DNA of 64,000 nucleotides. It comes from Hemiscyllium ocellatum. Lineage: Eukaryota. The DNA lies in assembly GCF_020745735.1 (NCBI RefSeq), contig NC_083423.1:50344001-50408000 (forward strand), in the 5' to 3' direction. Below, piece after piece: positions 1 to 13,030 of the stretch (position 1 is its first letter; the number at the start of each line of letters is the position of its first letter). The notes beneath the pieces are model-generated. The model saw nothing but the letters and a program-made list of their open reading frames with translations, was not told the DNA's origin and ran no database searches. The position numbers and the translations under genes were made by a program.

Positions 1-155
1 GTAACCTGCCTGCCTCACACTATCCAAGCTCTTTTTCACCCTATGATCTGTATGTCCTTGCTTATGATGATCTGCCTGTACTGCTCGCAAACAAAGCTTT
101 TCACTGTATTTAGGTACAAGTGCCAATAAATCAAATCAGTCAGTCAATCAATCAA
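1..155 (+). mobile_element. 3' end of a non-LTR retrotransposon (possibly Rex1/Babar-like)
   Basis: aagcttttcactgta...aataaa followed by a (caat/cagt)n tandem tail. Confidence 0.4.
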
Positions 156-179
156 TTTTGAAAAAGAAACCAGAATTAA

Positions 180-390
180 GAGCCTAATGATGACCATCTA
201 TCCATTGTTGATTGTCTAAAAAAGCTATGTCCTTTTGGGAAGGAAACTGCCGTCCTTACCTAGTGTGGCCTAGACGTGACTCCAGACCCACAGCAATGTG
301 GTTGGCTCTTATCTGCTCTCTGGCCAATTAAGGATGGGAAATAAATGCTGGCCTAGCCAATGATATCCTCATCCCCTGAATGAATAAAAA
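180..390 (+). mobile_element. tRNA-derived SINE family C, 3' part (more complete copy on - strand at about 48375-48740)
   Basis: Shares gtgactccagacccacagcaatgtg...aattaaggatgggaataaatgctggcc with the reverse complement of 48400-48560. Confidence 0.6.
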
Positions 391-772
391 TGGAGATGAG
401 GTAAATTGGTTTCACTCAGAGCCTATGAAACTCTGTTTCCCAAAGATCAATCGACGAACTGTCTTGGATGCGATCACCAACTCCGTTTCTCTCTGCGCAG
501 AGGCTGCTAGACCTGCTGAGTTTCTCCAGCAATTTCTGTTTTTGCCTTGATTACTAACTTTCATTGATCTGGTCACTGTCCTGATGAGATTTTTAAGTGT
601 TTTTTTTAACCTCTCTCTACTATCAGAGAAACTTTGTTTCAAGTTCCAGAATATCATCAACTGGGTGTCTTAAAAGTTGCTCTGCAAATCTGCACTACAG
701 GAGCTTAGTGCATCACACTCTTTCATGGCTTCATGCACATTCTCACCAAGTCTGTGGCTAGTTCCTTCTCAG

Positions 773-776
<4 letters not shown>

Positions 777-845
<69 letters not shown>
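777..845. repeat. (TG)n microsatellite
   Basis: Direct observation. Confidence 0.97.
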
Positions 846-847
<2 letters not shown>

Positions 848-1725
848 TTGAGAACTTTTAATGCAATTGTCAGCCAACCCATCAATCAAACCAATCCTGT
901 ATTTTTAAAGAAAAACTGAAGATTTGAAAGCCTTGTCTTCTGTCCGCTTAAAACCTAGCCTTTTCCTTTTTAAATGATTCTCAGTGGCTGCTGTTTGATT
1001 CCAGCTGCTCCCTCAATAACCTTCATTCTCTCTGTCTCTCTCACACACAGGCACACAGAATCCCTGCTGACAACAGGCCAGCTACATAAACCAACCCAGA
1101 GTCACCACAAAAGCCAGTTTCACTTCAACAGAGCACTTGAAGTGTTTTTTTTTCCTGTGTCTGCTTACGTCAAAAAAAATCACCAGATGGCATTTCAATG
1201 ACTCTCTGAGATGGAGCCTTTTATTTGCAAGTCCACGTGGCTCCCTGCGTTTACATTTACAGAGAGGCAGCTCTCCCAGATTTCACTGAGTGCAGAGAGA
1301 GCCTTTTCAACCAACGCTTTGTCTTTCATTTGGACATTGCTACTTTGAATGGGCTCGTTTCAAAACATAATCCTCACAGATCCGGGGCTTTCACTTCATT
1401 ACAGTGTGTACTTAACAAAGAACAGCCTTCTGCTTGCTACAGCCACACTTTGTCAGTACCATGCTCCGAAAGCAATACACTGCACTCAGTTTATAGTGAG
1501 AGTGAGAAAAAAATATACATACCATTCAAACTGAAACCAAGAGTGAATTATTGTTCTGTAAGCCCTCTGTTGTCCCTGGGAATTCAAGAGTCTGATGGTG
1601 GGCTTAATCAAATTGGCATCAATTTGGGTTAGGTCTCCCCAGAATTATATGCCAATTGCAATGTTTCCTGATGGGTTCAGCTGGCTGAGAAGATCTAAGT
1701 CTGTGGCTAGTTCCTTCTCAGTAGG

Positions 1726-1734
1726 TGTGTGTGT

Positions 1735-1785
<51 letters not shown>
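1726..1785. repeat. (TG)n microsatellite
   Basis: Direct observation. Confidence 0.97.
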
Positions 1786-1793
<8 letters not shown>

Positions 1794-1794
1794 A

Positions 1795-2390
1795 TACATA
1801 GTGATGTACAGCACAGAAACAGACCCTTCTGTCCAACACATCCATGCCGACCAGATATCCTAAACAAATCTAGTCCCATTTGCTAGCACTTTGCCTATAT
1901 CCCTCCAAATGCTTCTTCTTCATATGCCCTTCCAGATGCCTTTTAAATGCTGTAATTGTACCCACCCCCACGGTGGCACGGTGGCACAGTGGTTAGCACT
2001 GCTGCCTCACAGCGCCTGAGACCCGGGTTCAATTCCCGACTCAGGCGACTGACTGTGTGGAGTTTGCACATTCTCCCCGTGTCTGCGTGGGTTTCCTCCG
2101 GGTGCTCCGGTTTCCTCCCACAGTCCAAAGATGTGCGGGTTAGGTGAATTGGCCATGCTAAATTGCCCGTAGTGTTAGGTAAGGGGTAAATGTAGGGGTA
2201 TGCGTGGGTTGTGCTTCGGCGGGTCGGTGTGGACTTGTTGGGCCGAAGGGCCTGTTTCCACACTATAAGTAATCTAATCTAATCTAATCCACCACTTCCT
2301 CTGGCAGCTCATTCCATACGCTTACCATCCTCTGCATGAAAAAGTTGCCCCTTAGGTCCTTTTTAAATTTTTTCCCTTTCACCCTAAACA
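1795..2390 (-). mobile_element. CR1/HER1-type LINE 3' end, interrupted by an HE1 SINE
   Basis: catag...acagcacagaaacagacccttc...tagtcccatttg...ccaccacttcctctggcagctc; the same tail occurs at 26861, 54350 and 59690. Confidence 0.75.
1972..2288 (+). mobile_element. HE1-type V-SINE, young copy
   Basis: tRNA-like A box tggcacagtgg and B box ggttcaattcc, V-domain ctgtgtggagtttgcacattctccccgtgtctgcgtgggtttcctccgggtgctccgg, and (aatct)n tail. Confidence 0.9.
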
Positions 2391-2844
2391 GATGTTCTGA
2401 GACAGCGAGAGGAATCTGCAAGCTAACTGGGGATTAAGGGAGGGATGTTAAATGGGAATAGGGAATCTTGAAGGAAACACTGTTAGAATGAAGCAAGTTT
2501 GTTTTGTGTTGGTCTGTGTCTGTGCCTGGTGAAGCAGATATATACTACAGGGATTCATGCTCAAAATGCCCATTACTTGTATTTTGGTTGAATCTTATCA
2601 TAAAGTGACAGCTCTCATATTGTACACTTTAATAATTCATACACGATTTCCGTGCCTCACTGAGTCCTTTCTCCCCAAGGAATGTTAATTATCCTAAATG
2701 ATATTCTCCTGACTATGGTCAGGGAGAAACCAAGGACGATACCAGTACAGATGGGAAGGTACTGTGCAATAACTGATCAAACTCCAGGCAATACAACAAG
2801 TTTTGGGCACTAACCTGGGCTAAATGCTTGTTGCAATGTTTAAG

Positions 2845-3040
2845 GGTTGGTCAGCTCAGTTGGCTGGACAGTTAGTTTATGATGTAGAGCGATGCTAATA
2901 GTGTAGGTTCAAGGTCCCACAGTTACCATGAAAGATTGTCTGTCTCAACTTCTCCCTTTGCCTGAGGCATGATGGCCCTCAGGTTAAACCACCATCAATC
3001 ATCTCCAACAAGGAAGCAAACCTGTGGTCTGGTAACTTTA
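2845..3040 (+). mobile_element. tRNA-derived SINE family B (other copies about 9530-9735 -, 14150-14345 +, 27883-28570 -)
   Basis: agctcagttggctgg...ggttcaa head and shared ctcaggttaaaccacca core in four copies. Confidence 0.65.
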
Positions 3041-4714
3041 TTATTTAAAAACCCAAAGAAGTGTGCACACTGTAAATCGGAAAGAAAAGCTGGAAAAACT
3101 CTGCAGGTCTGGCAGCATCTGTGGAGAGAAATCAAAGTTGACTCCGGTTTCTATCCACAGATGCTGCCAGACTTGCTGAGCTTTTCTGGCAATCTCTGTT
3201 TTTGTTTGTGATTTCACCTTTGCATTTCAAAGGTATGCCTAACAAAACTGGTCATCCCTTGATGGAGAATTGTCTTGCAGAGAGTGCATGTGGCTCTTGA
3301 CACTGAAAGATGGCCAAAGGTCAGTCCTGGGTAACTACAGGCCAGTGAGTCTGTCCTTGTTCAAAAAAAATGGGTCACGTTGAAGAAGTGAATAACCAAC
3401 CAGCTACTGGACAAGCAGTCACCTACATAACCATCAGGAACCCTACTGAATACCCCAGAGAGGGAACATGATCATCTTCACCTTGTAGGGCAAGTAGGCC
3501 AATTCTCCTAGAGGAAATGAAAAGTCATCCCAATTTCCTGCTCCCTTTCTCCAAAGCTCTGAATATTCCTCTGCTTCCCTACATGCTTGCTCTTTCCTTA
3601 AACATGTCTTTAAGGCCTTTATACGTTGTCAGTTTGAGAGTGGCAGTTATTGTCCATCCCCAGTTCTGCTGATTTGTTGGATAAAATGCCTCATGAGGTT
3701 ATTTCAGAGCCAGAGAGAGCCATGACATAGTTACCTGCTGGGCTTGTTTGACGTCAGTGTTCATGTCCCACTGAGTTAGATGCCCAGGGAGTTGCAATTG
3801 TCAGTGCCTATGTTGTTCTGAAATTGTAATTACACAGAGAGCAAAACAGGTAAGATTGGTTTGCTTATCTATAGGTTACAACTGAGTCAGCTAGGCTTTT
3901 CCAATGGAGCCATGACGTTTTCATTACTAGTTGCTAAAACTAAAAAAAAAGTTGCATTTAAGTTGGTGTGGTTTGAACTCAGGATGCAGGTTCTTTGGAT
4001 TATTAATGCAGTCTCTGAATTACCATCCTAGTGAACTAACCATCAGGCTGCCCTGACCAAAGCCCTCCATGGTTCAACTAGTGTAGGCTGAAAGCAATTC
4101 AAGCAACGAACAAACGGCAGGAATATATAACTACAGAATGCAACAGGAGTTCTGAGTTAACTCATGAATTGCTTGCCAGCATCAGCACAGTGTAGCTGCA
4201 TGACGGAAGCAAAATAGATCTTTATCAGGATGAAACATAACTAGCAGGAAATAATAGTGAGCTTGAACGAGGTGCTGACTCAGTCTTGCTGGGTGCTGGC
4301 GAGAGTGCAGTAAGCGGCAGTTCAACTCCTACCTGGAATAAGTCATCTGAGCTGTGAAGCAAGGCTCCAGAAACTGGCAATGTACACAGAGGAGAAAAGA
4401 AGTTTCAATGGAGAGCTTATTAGAATATTTGGAATTCACCAACTCTGCAACAAACAGGTATAGACTTGAGCTTAGAAGTGGGAGAGTGGACAGACAGTTA
4501 AGAGTTAACTGTTACACACAGTGAGTGCTGAATACTGTATACAAACTACTTGTGAAAGCAGTCACCATCTTCTTTACCGTTCTGTCAATAGGTGTATGAC
4601 AATGTGTTTGCATGTCTTTGCTTGGAGGATTTACTGTGCAACATGCAAAACTAAGTTTACTTTATTCAGAGGCTACATGCCTGAGGATCCAAGTAAGTTT
4701 TGGTTAGTCATAGG

Positions 4715-5520
4715 GTCATAAAGCACGGAAACAGACCCTTCGGTCCAACCAATCCATGCCGATCATAATCCTAAACTAAACTGGTCCCACCTGCCTGCTC
4801 CTGGCCCATATGCCTCCAAACATTTCTTATTCATGCACTTATCTAAATATCTTTTTAAACATTGTAACTGTACCCACATCCACCACTTCCTCAGGAAGTC
4901 CATTCCATGCACAAACCGCTCTCTGTAGAAAAAAAATTGCACCTCGTGAGATTTTAATGTCTTTCTCCTCTCACCTTAAAAATATGCCCCCCAGTCTAGA
5001 AATCCCCTACCCGAGGGAAAAGACATCTGCCATTCACCTTATCAATATCCCTCATGATGATATAAACCACTATAAGATCACCCCTCAATCCCCTACTCTC
5101 CAGTGAATAAAGTCCCAAAATATCCAACCTCTTCTTGTAACTTAAACCCTCCATTCCTTGCAGCATCCCTGTAAATCTCTTCTGAACCCTGTCCAGCTTA
5201 ATAATATCCTTTCTATAACAGGGTGACCAGAACTGGACACAGTATTCCAGAAGAGGCCTCACTAATGTCCTGTACGTCCTCAACGTAATGTTTCAACTCC
5301 GACAATAAAGGTCTGAGCAATGAAGGCAAGCATGCTCAACCGGAACCCCTTGGTTTCTCTGTTCTTTAACACAACCCAAGACCCTACTTTTAATTGTATA
5401 AGTCATGCCCTTGTTTATTTTACCAAATTGCAATACCTCGTATTTATCCAAATTAAAGTCCACCTGCCACACTTCATTCCATTGACCAATTGCTCAAGAT
5501 CTCTTTGTAATCTTAGATAA
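4715..5520 (-). mobile_element. CR1 LINE ORF2 3' fragment
   Basis: YRTLVRPLLEYCVQFWSP...LESRGLRGDLIVVY, a CR1 C-terminal motif. Confidence 0.9.
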
Positions 5521-5524
5521 TCTT

Positions 5525-5890
5525 GAGGCCATACAAGAATCACATAAGATTCCTAGGGGACTTGAGAGGGTAAATGAAGAAAGGCTGTTTTCCCTTGTGG
5601 GAGAGTCTAGGTCCAGAAGGCATCATCTCAGAGTAAGGAATCAGACATTTAAGACAGAGATGAGGAGGAATGTCTTCTCTCAGAAGATAGTGAATCTGTG
5701 GAGTTCTTTACCACAGAAGGTTATCGATGCTGTATATTCAAGACTGAGGCAGACAAATTTCTAAACACCATGGGTTATGGGGATAAGGCAGGAAAGTGGA
5801 GCTGAGGATTATAAGATAAGCCATGATCTCTTTGAATGGCAAAGCAGACCCAATGGGCTGAATAGCCTACTTTTGCTCCACCATCTTATG
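5525..5890 (+). mobile_element. CR1 LINE 3' end
   Basis: tttaagacagagatgaggaggaat...gtgaatctgtgga...gggctgaatagcctact tail. Confidence 0.75.
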
Positions 5891-6559
5891 GCCTTCATGC
5901 CAAACATGTCAACCTTTGGGATCAGTTAGCTCAATTTGCTGGAGAGTTGGCTCACAGTGCAGAATGGTGCTAACGGTGTGAGTTCAATTCCTGCACCTAT
6001 TTCTTAAGATCTGTAGTGCTTTGTTAATGTTCAAGTTCATACCTGACTGAGTAGTACACTCATTGCTGCTATTGTTAATTGACTGAGACAAAAGGTACAT
6101 CATCTGACCTCAGTTCTCCCAACTTTGCTGCACTGGTGGACCCTTGGAGCGAGTCAGAAACACCAAGTGAGCATGACATCCCATCTTGATTGATCACAGC
6201 CTTTCATGGCCCAAGTGATGACTCTCAATGTCAGACTAAGTAATTGTACATCTGGGCTTGCTGGTAAATGGCATGGGAAATACAAGGAAGAACTGCACAG
6301 GTAAAGAAACAGAGTAGGGATAAAAGAATGAGCTCAAGCAGATAAAATGAACCTAGACACTGCCAAATCCTGCTTGTTCCCACTTTTCTCTTAATGTTAC
6401 CCCTGCCTGACTCAAATGGAATGGCATGATGTAAATGCGACCTGGGACTTATTGGAGAACAGGTAATTTTAAAGTTCAGTCTTTTCCAACTGTGTTACTC
6501 CTTGGTTCTGTAGCCAACGTCCTGTTTTCTGCCATGGTTTCGTGCTGGTCATTTTTGTC

Positions 6560-6955
6560 TGTGCCAGACGTTGTAGACTGAAGTTGGAGGCCAGGGACTT
6601 CAGCTCCAAATCAAGGTTGGCTACCTAGTATAGTACAAGGGGTGTACTGCACTGTCAGTGATACTGCCTTTCAGAGCAGACAGTAAACTCTGTTCAACCT
6701 TTAGATTGATAGAAAAATTGTTATTACTCAGAGAAGAGCACAGGGGTATTCTCAGGTCTCTAGGATAATTTTAATCCCTCAAACAACAAAAACATGTTAG
6801 TTGGTCACATATTACATTTCTTTAGTGGACTGTCTTGTGTGAAAATAAATAGCCCTATAGTCCACCAGTGGTTACATTTAAATGTGAATCTTTGGCAGTA
6901 AAAGCTCTGTAAAGATGTCCTGAGGCTATAAGCGGTGTTATATCAATGTAAGTCT
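6560..6955 (+). mobile_element. Deu-domain SINE (SacSINE1/AmnSINE-like), old copy; other copies about 9135-9342 and 58795-59160
   Basis: gtactgcactgtcagtgatactgcctttc...agaagagca...atccctcaaacaac...gatgtcctgagg...tatatcaatgtaagt resembles the recalled DeuSINE consensus. Confidence 0.6.
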
Positions 6956-7829
6956 TGCTTTCTTTGTTCTTTCAAAGAGCGACTCACACACATTGCAGGT
7001 TCCCAGTGGGGCATTCAAAAAGAGAGGTAGACTGACGTACAAGAAGGTAATTTCCTTTCTTCTCCAACTTTTACATTTTTGCGGATCCAGCAGCAATTTA
7101 CTGTCTAGGGAATAAAACTGAGCTGCCAGGTGCTGGATCATCCTTGTTGATCTGATTTGTTGGAGGAGGCGTGACAGAAAGATGTTTTTAAAAGCTCTGG
7201 AGGCCTAATGATAAGGAGGATAACTGAAGAGTCGATGAAAGGAATGTAATAACTGGACTGATTGGCACTCTAAGAATAGATGTTATCAAGCATTAGATTT
7301 AATGAGGTGGTGATGCAGGTAGTGAAATCATTCTGTTCCTGTTCAGTGCTGTTCATATAACTGAGCAGAATCTCTGGATCTATTCCAACCTCCCCCCCCC
7401 CCCCCCAAATCTTTGCCTCCTTCATCGTCTCTTAGGCACATGTCCTTTCTTGTTTCTCTGTACTTCATTCCCTCCTCACTCAAACAACTCTATGATCTGT
7501 GCATATTGAAGGCTATTATCTGACAGGTGTAATAGCAAATTGAGTGATGTTAAATTTTACAGAGAGTGTTTAATACCTTTGTGTGCCCATAGGATTTTCA
7601 CTAAACTGTAACTGATTATTGATCGCCCTGCTGATGATGGACAGACCAAGTTGGCCTCTCCAATGTATTTAGCCATTTCCACTCGTATTGTGTTTGCATT
7701 TGGCTATAGATTACTAGAAGATTTTTCAGCATGTCAGATTAATTCCTTCAGGATGTGCTGATATGGATTATTACAATACAGTTTAGATGCAGCACAAGCT
7801 AAGGTAACTGAAGGATAACTGAAGTGTAG

Positions 7830-8140
7830 GGGTGGCACGGTGGCTGAGTGGTTAGCACTGCTGCCTCACCGTGCCAGAGACCCGGGTTCAATTCCAGCCG
7901 CAGGCGACTATCTGTGCGGAATTAGCGCATTCTCCCCATGGGTTTCCTTCGGGTGCTTTGGTTTCCTTCCACAATCCAAAGGTGGGCAGGTCAAGTGGAT
8001 TGGCCATGCTAAATTGCCCATAATGTTAGGTGCATTAGTCAGAGGGGAAATGGGTCTAGGTGGGTTACACTTCGGAGATTTGGTGTGGACTTGTTGGACC
8101 AAAGGGCCTGTTCCCAAATTGTAGGGAATCTAATCTAATC
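7830..8140 (+). mobile_element. HE1-type V-SINE
   Basis: Same head, core and tail as 1972-2288. Confidence 0.88.
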
Positions 8141-8488
8141 ATAACAGGCAGAAGAAAATGCTGGAGATAGCCAATGTCTGTGGAGAGACAGAGTTAATAT
8201 TTCAGGTCGATGACCTTTCATTACATCTGCACAAAATGGAGAACTGGATAGAGACAGGAAGAAAGCTCAGGAGGGTGAGTTTTGCGCAGCTAGAACTTGA
8301 AAGAAAGAAAAAGAGCTCTTTGTTAAAGCGAAGAGTAAAACTGCTGACAAGCAAGGTTCTGAAGCAAAGTGAATCCGTGTGTTTCTGAAGAGCAAGATCA
8401 CAAGTCTGCGTGTGGTAGTGCATTGTATAAGCATTGATCTTGGAAGCCAGAGTGGTGAAGCAACAACAGGAATCTGTTCTGAAGTGTT

Positions 8489-9120
8489 TGTCACAAAGCT
8501 AGTTTCTTTTTTTTCCCTAAAAGCTGTTCCTTGGCTCAAGAAGATTCTGTTCTTGATTTTTTTCAGAGGGGTAATAAACCAGGCTGGGCTCCGATCAGTC
8601 TGGTTTGGTACAGAGATGAAAAGGAGTTTGAGAGGCCTTCTGTTTATATGTAAACAGATGAGACATCAGGCCAAAGTGGTCATGTTTTAGAAGTGACCTG
8701 TACAATGAAAGGGGAGAGGTCAGCTCTCTAGCTGAGCAGTTTAGTTCAGTCCTGAGCTGGTGAGGAGCTCAACAGGGAGCTGTGTGAAAACTCTCCCTCT
8801 CTCTTTTTGCCTTCAACTTCAACCTGTAAGCATGTGTTCCATTTATACTGGGCTTTTTAAAGGGAGTTTCCTTATTGGGACATTGTGCACATTCAGAACA
8901 GCATAATTAAGTCTACTTTGGATAGATTGAGGCCTGTAGGGGTTCTTTATTCTGTTCTTTGTGTTCCATTGTGTAATTTTGTGACTAAATTTTTGTTTTA
9001 AAATCTAGTAGTCAACCTAGCTAGCTTACTGTGGGTACGCTTGCTGAAACAAATTGCAATGTTATGGTCTGGAGCTGCCTGCTTAAGACTGTTTTGAGTG
9101 GTCTGGCCTAGTCGACAACA
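8489..9120 (+). mobile_element. Probable solo LTR
   Basis: TGTCAC...ACAACA termini; the 3' end ttttgagtggtctggcctagtcgacaaca resembles the LTR ends at 23153 and 45538. Confidence 0.5.
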
Positions 9121-11188
9121 TGTAAATTCTTCACTTTGGTCAATATTTATCCCTCAATTAACACCTCTGACGCAGGTTGTCTGGCAGTTATTGCATTACT
9201 GCTTGTGGGAGCTTGCTCTACACAAACATCTTGCCATGTTTCCTACATTACAACAAGCAAATACGCCACAAGCACTTCTTCACTGGCTCTAAAGTATTTT
9301 GGGATGTCCTGATTTTGTGAAAGGTGCTACAAAAATACAAGTGAAGACAGTAAAGGATAGCAAACGTACATGGATAAGGGAGCATCTCGGTTTTGGTGCA
9401 GTTAGCAGAATCATAGGATGATTACAGCACAGAAGGAAGTCATTTTGTCAATTGTGTTTGTGCAGGCTATCTGTAAGAGCCACTCTGCGAATATTCCCCT
9501 TGTGAGATAACTAGCTTCAAAACTCTGGTGAAGGTGAAGTCACCATAGTCCAAGAGGACCACAGGACTGCTCCCTTATTGGAGAGTGATGCCTGGTAATG
9601 AGTTTAACCTAAAAGTTGCCATTGGTCAGGCAAAGGGCGAGGTTGAGAAGACGGGACCTTCACGGTCAGCTCAGCCACCAGGGGATTTGAACCCATGCTG
9701 TTGGCATCACTCTGCATCACAAACCAGCCAACTCCTTGGCAGAGGGTGACCCTAGCATCTGTCCTCTCAGGAGGGGAATGGGAATATGCCAGGACAGTAT
9801 CTGCAAAACAGCTGATCTGGCAGCCTTGGAGCAGCCATTCAGTTGTGGGTCAGTAACATGGGGAGCACAAGCAGAGGAGATACTTCAAAATGGCAGAATT
9901 ATGTAAAATAATTGGCCTGGATTAGAACACAGAACTGAAAGAGTTAAGCCCATACTTTTATCATTTCAAAATCCACGTTTGTAATGCACTTGGCGTTGAA
10001 CCATATTTCCATTTATCTTCTGCCCAGTTCCTGGTTGGGAGTACTTGCTGTTTTATCCTAAAGCAGTTGTGTGAATAGTGGCAGACATTGTGCAGAGTAA
10101 ATTGTGATACAAATGCATATTGACTGGTGATGGCTACATCTGCGGGCTTTGCTTGAATCTTCAGTGCTGTCAGGTCTGCCACAGTTGACGTTAACACCAC
10201 ATGAACCACTGACCTCCCCGACCTCCCAGCCTCCCCGTGGCTTCCCATACGCAGTGTCCAATCCTTACTGCACACCAAGAGCACTGCGAATTCAAGTACC
10301 TCACCAGAATATTCAGAAGGCAGGGAAATCTGGAAAGAGCCACAGCTCTTGAAAATAATTCAGCGGACTATTATTGATGATCTAAATTCCCTACTGGACA
10401 TGCAGTTTTTAAAAAAATATATTTGACGTATTCATAGTGTGGGCTGGAGGAATTATTCATGTCTTCCACCATACTCAATAGACCTAAGAGCAAATACAAA
10501 AGAAAAAGGTCCCTTCCATAGAGAAACACCTAAATGTTTGCTCAGTTGATGATACAATGCTTTATTTCTTATTGGCTTTGTGAGATAGTAACAGCACAAG
10601 ACAGGGCCATTCAGAAAATAAGCATTTCCTATCACTCCAGTCCTCCTTGTTTTTGCCAGGAGAAGCCATTGTGGCTACAGATGAATTGTCCAATTTTGTT
10701 ATAATCGCTGAGCAGTGGATTATTTGTTTGTGCTTTAGTTATTGTATGAATGCTGCAGTTAAATATTGAAACTTGGGGCCAGGGAGTGGACAAGAAGTGG
10801 TACTGTTCACAAGTTGCCTGTCACAGCGGTGTTCCAGACGCAGCAACTTCTTCAACAAACTTTAAAACAGCCATGTTGATGAAGGGAACCCCCTTCTGAC
10901 TGAGTGGGCCTTTTCTCCAGGAGCACAGCTTGTAGGATAGATGCTCATGAATGTATCTCGTGGCATTTAACTTGGCTTAATTTTCCAAAATGGTAGGAAG
11001 GTACAGCCGAGATTATTCACATTGGCAGCTAGGTCAGTACAGATCACTGCTTGTCTTCTCTACAAAATGAGGCAGGTACAAACAGAGGAGCATGTGGATA
11101 CTGTTTAGTTCATCAAGTCCGTTCTACAATTCAATTAGATCCTGACTGATCATCAACAGTATTTGCCCCATTGTTCCATATCCCTTGA

Positions 11189-11472
11189 TCATAGAGTCGC
11201 TGTAGTGTGGAAGCAGGCCATTTGGCCCATCAAGTCCACACTGATCTGCTGAAGAGCATCCCAACCAGACCCATTCCCTAACCTATCTCTGTGACCCTGC
11301 ATTTCCCTTGGCCAATCCACCAAAGCTGCACATCTTTGGATTACAAGAGGAAACTGAAGCACCCAGAGGAAACCCACGGGAAGAATGTGCAAACTTCACA
11401 CAGTCACCGAGGCTGGAATCGAGCCCTGGTCCCTGGTGCTGTGAGGCAGCAGTGCTAACCACTGAGACACCG
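11189..11472 (-). mobile_element. HE1-type V-SINE
   Basis: Reverse-complement V-SINE head (gaggcagcagtgctaaccactg) and core. Confidence 0.85.
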
Positions 11473-11817
11473 TAACACCCGTAACACATCATCATGATGT
11501 AATGATGTCATTAGTATCTCAAAACCTATTGATTTCTACCTTGAACATGCTTAGTGATTCAGTTTCCACAATCCTCATGGGTACAGAGCTCTGAAAGTTC
11601 TCTTGTCTGACACCAAACAGCATGCACATCAGCAGCATAGCTCTCATAAATTTAAGAACTAGGAGCCAAGAGTCAGCATTTCAGGCCCTCAATCCTGCTC
11701 CACAATTCAATGCAATCATGGCCAATTTCATCTCAGCCTCAACTCCACCTTCCTGCCCAGTCCCCATCACCCTTTAACCTTGTTGTGGTTCTGTTCGCCG
11801 AGCTGGAAGTTTTTGCT

Positions 11818-11857
11818 GCAAACGTTTCGTTCCCTGGCTAGGGAACATCATCAGTGC
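11818..11857 (-). ncRNA. Minimal type I hammerhead ribozyme motif (PLE family 1)
   Basis: Reverse complement reads GCA CUGAUGA U GUUCCCU agcc AGGGAAC GAAA C GUU UGC. Confidence 0.8.
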
Positions 11858-12990
11858 TATTGGAGCCTCCTGTGAAGCGCTGCTTTGATGTTTCTTCCGG
11901 TATTTATATTGGTTTGTTCTTGCCGCTTCCGGGTGTCAGTTTCAGCTGTAGTAGTTTGTATGTGGGGTCCAGGTTGATGTGTCTGTTGATGGATCTTCTT
12001 GCCGTTTCCGGGTGTCAGTTTCAGCTGTAGTGGTTTGTATATGGGGTCCAGGTCTATGTGTCTGTTAATGGAGTTTGTGGATGAATGCCATGCCTCTAGG
12101 AATTCCCTGGCTGTTCTCTGTCTGGCTTGTCCTATGATGGTAGTGTTTTCCCAGTCAAATTCATGTTCCTGGTTGTCTGAGTGTATGGCTACTAGGGATA
12201 GCTGGTCGTGTCATTTTGTGGCTAGCTGATGTTCGTGGATGCGGATTGTTAGCTGTCTTCCTGTTTGTCCTATATAGTGTTTTGTGCAGTCCTTGCATGG
12301 TATTTTGTAAACTACGTTAGTTTGGCTCGTGCTGGCTATTGGGTCCTTTATTCTAGTGAGTTGTTGTCTGAGTGTGGAAGTTGGCTTGTGTGCTGTTATG
12401 AGTCCTAAGGGTCGCAGTAGTCTGGCTGTCAGTTCTGAGACGCTCCTGACGTATGGTAGTGTGGCTAGTCCTTTTGGTTGTGGCATGTCCTCGTTCCGTG
12501 GTCTATCTCTTAGGCATCTGGTGATAAAGTTGCGTGGGTATCCGTTTTTGGCGAATACCTTGTATAGGTGTTCCTCTTCCTCTTTTCGCAGTTCTGGTGT
12601 ACTGCAGTGTGTTGTGGCTCTTTTGAATAGTGTCCTGATGCAGCTTCGTTTGTGTGTGTTGGGGTGGTTACTTTCATATGACTTTGAATTTGACTGGGAA
12701 AACACTACCATCATAGGACAAGCCAGACAGAGAACAGCCAGGGAATTCCTAGAGGCATGGCATTCATCCACAAACTCCATTAACAGACACATAGACCTGG
12801 ACCCCATATACAAACCACTACAGCTGAAACTGACACCCGGAAACGGCAAGAAGATCCATGAACAGACACATCAACCTGGACCCCACATACAAACTACTAC
12901 AGCTGAAACTGACACCCGGAAGCGGCAAGAACAAACCACTATAAATACCGGAAGAAACATCAAAGCAGCGCTTCACAGGAGGCTCCAATA

Positions 12991-13030
12991 GCACTGATGA
13001 TGTTCCCTAGCCAGGGAACGAAACGTTTGC
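12991..13030 (+). ncRNA. Minimal type I hammerhead ribozyme motif (PLE family 1)
   Basis: GCA CUGAUGA U GUUCCCU agcc AGGGAAC GAAA C GUU UGC: intact core, 7-bp stem II, stem I GCA/UGC, ACGU palindrome as stem III. Confidence 0.82.

Noticed and set aside
1972-2040. tRNA gene
   Set aside because: The A/B boxes belong to the tRNA-derived head of an HE1 SINE and run on into the SINE core.
6999-7046. 48-nt ag|...|gtaatt micro-exon candidate (VPSGAFKKRGRLTYKK) as PDE3A exon 2
   Set aside because: The peptide does not resemble the recalled PDE3A exon 2 (LMGHSEWDHKRGPRGSQ), and the upstream pyrimidine tract is a SINE tail. Exon 2 probably lies upstream of the window.
9961-10352. 107-aa and overlapping short ORFs in a GC-richer patch
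   Set aside because: No recognisable domain or convincing splice signals.
12211-12991. Overlapping 212-aa and 220-aa ORFs on opposite strands
   Set aside because: Produced by the fold-back of one PLE; each ORF joins sense and antisense endonuclease sequence.
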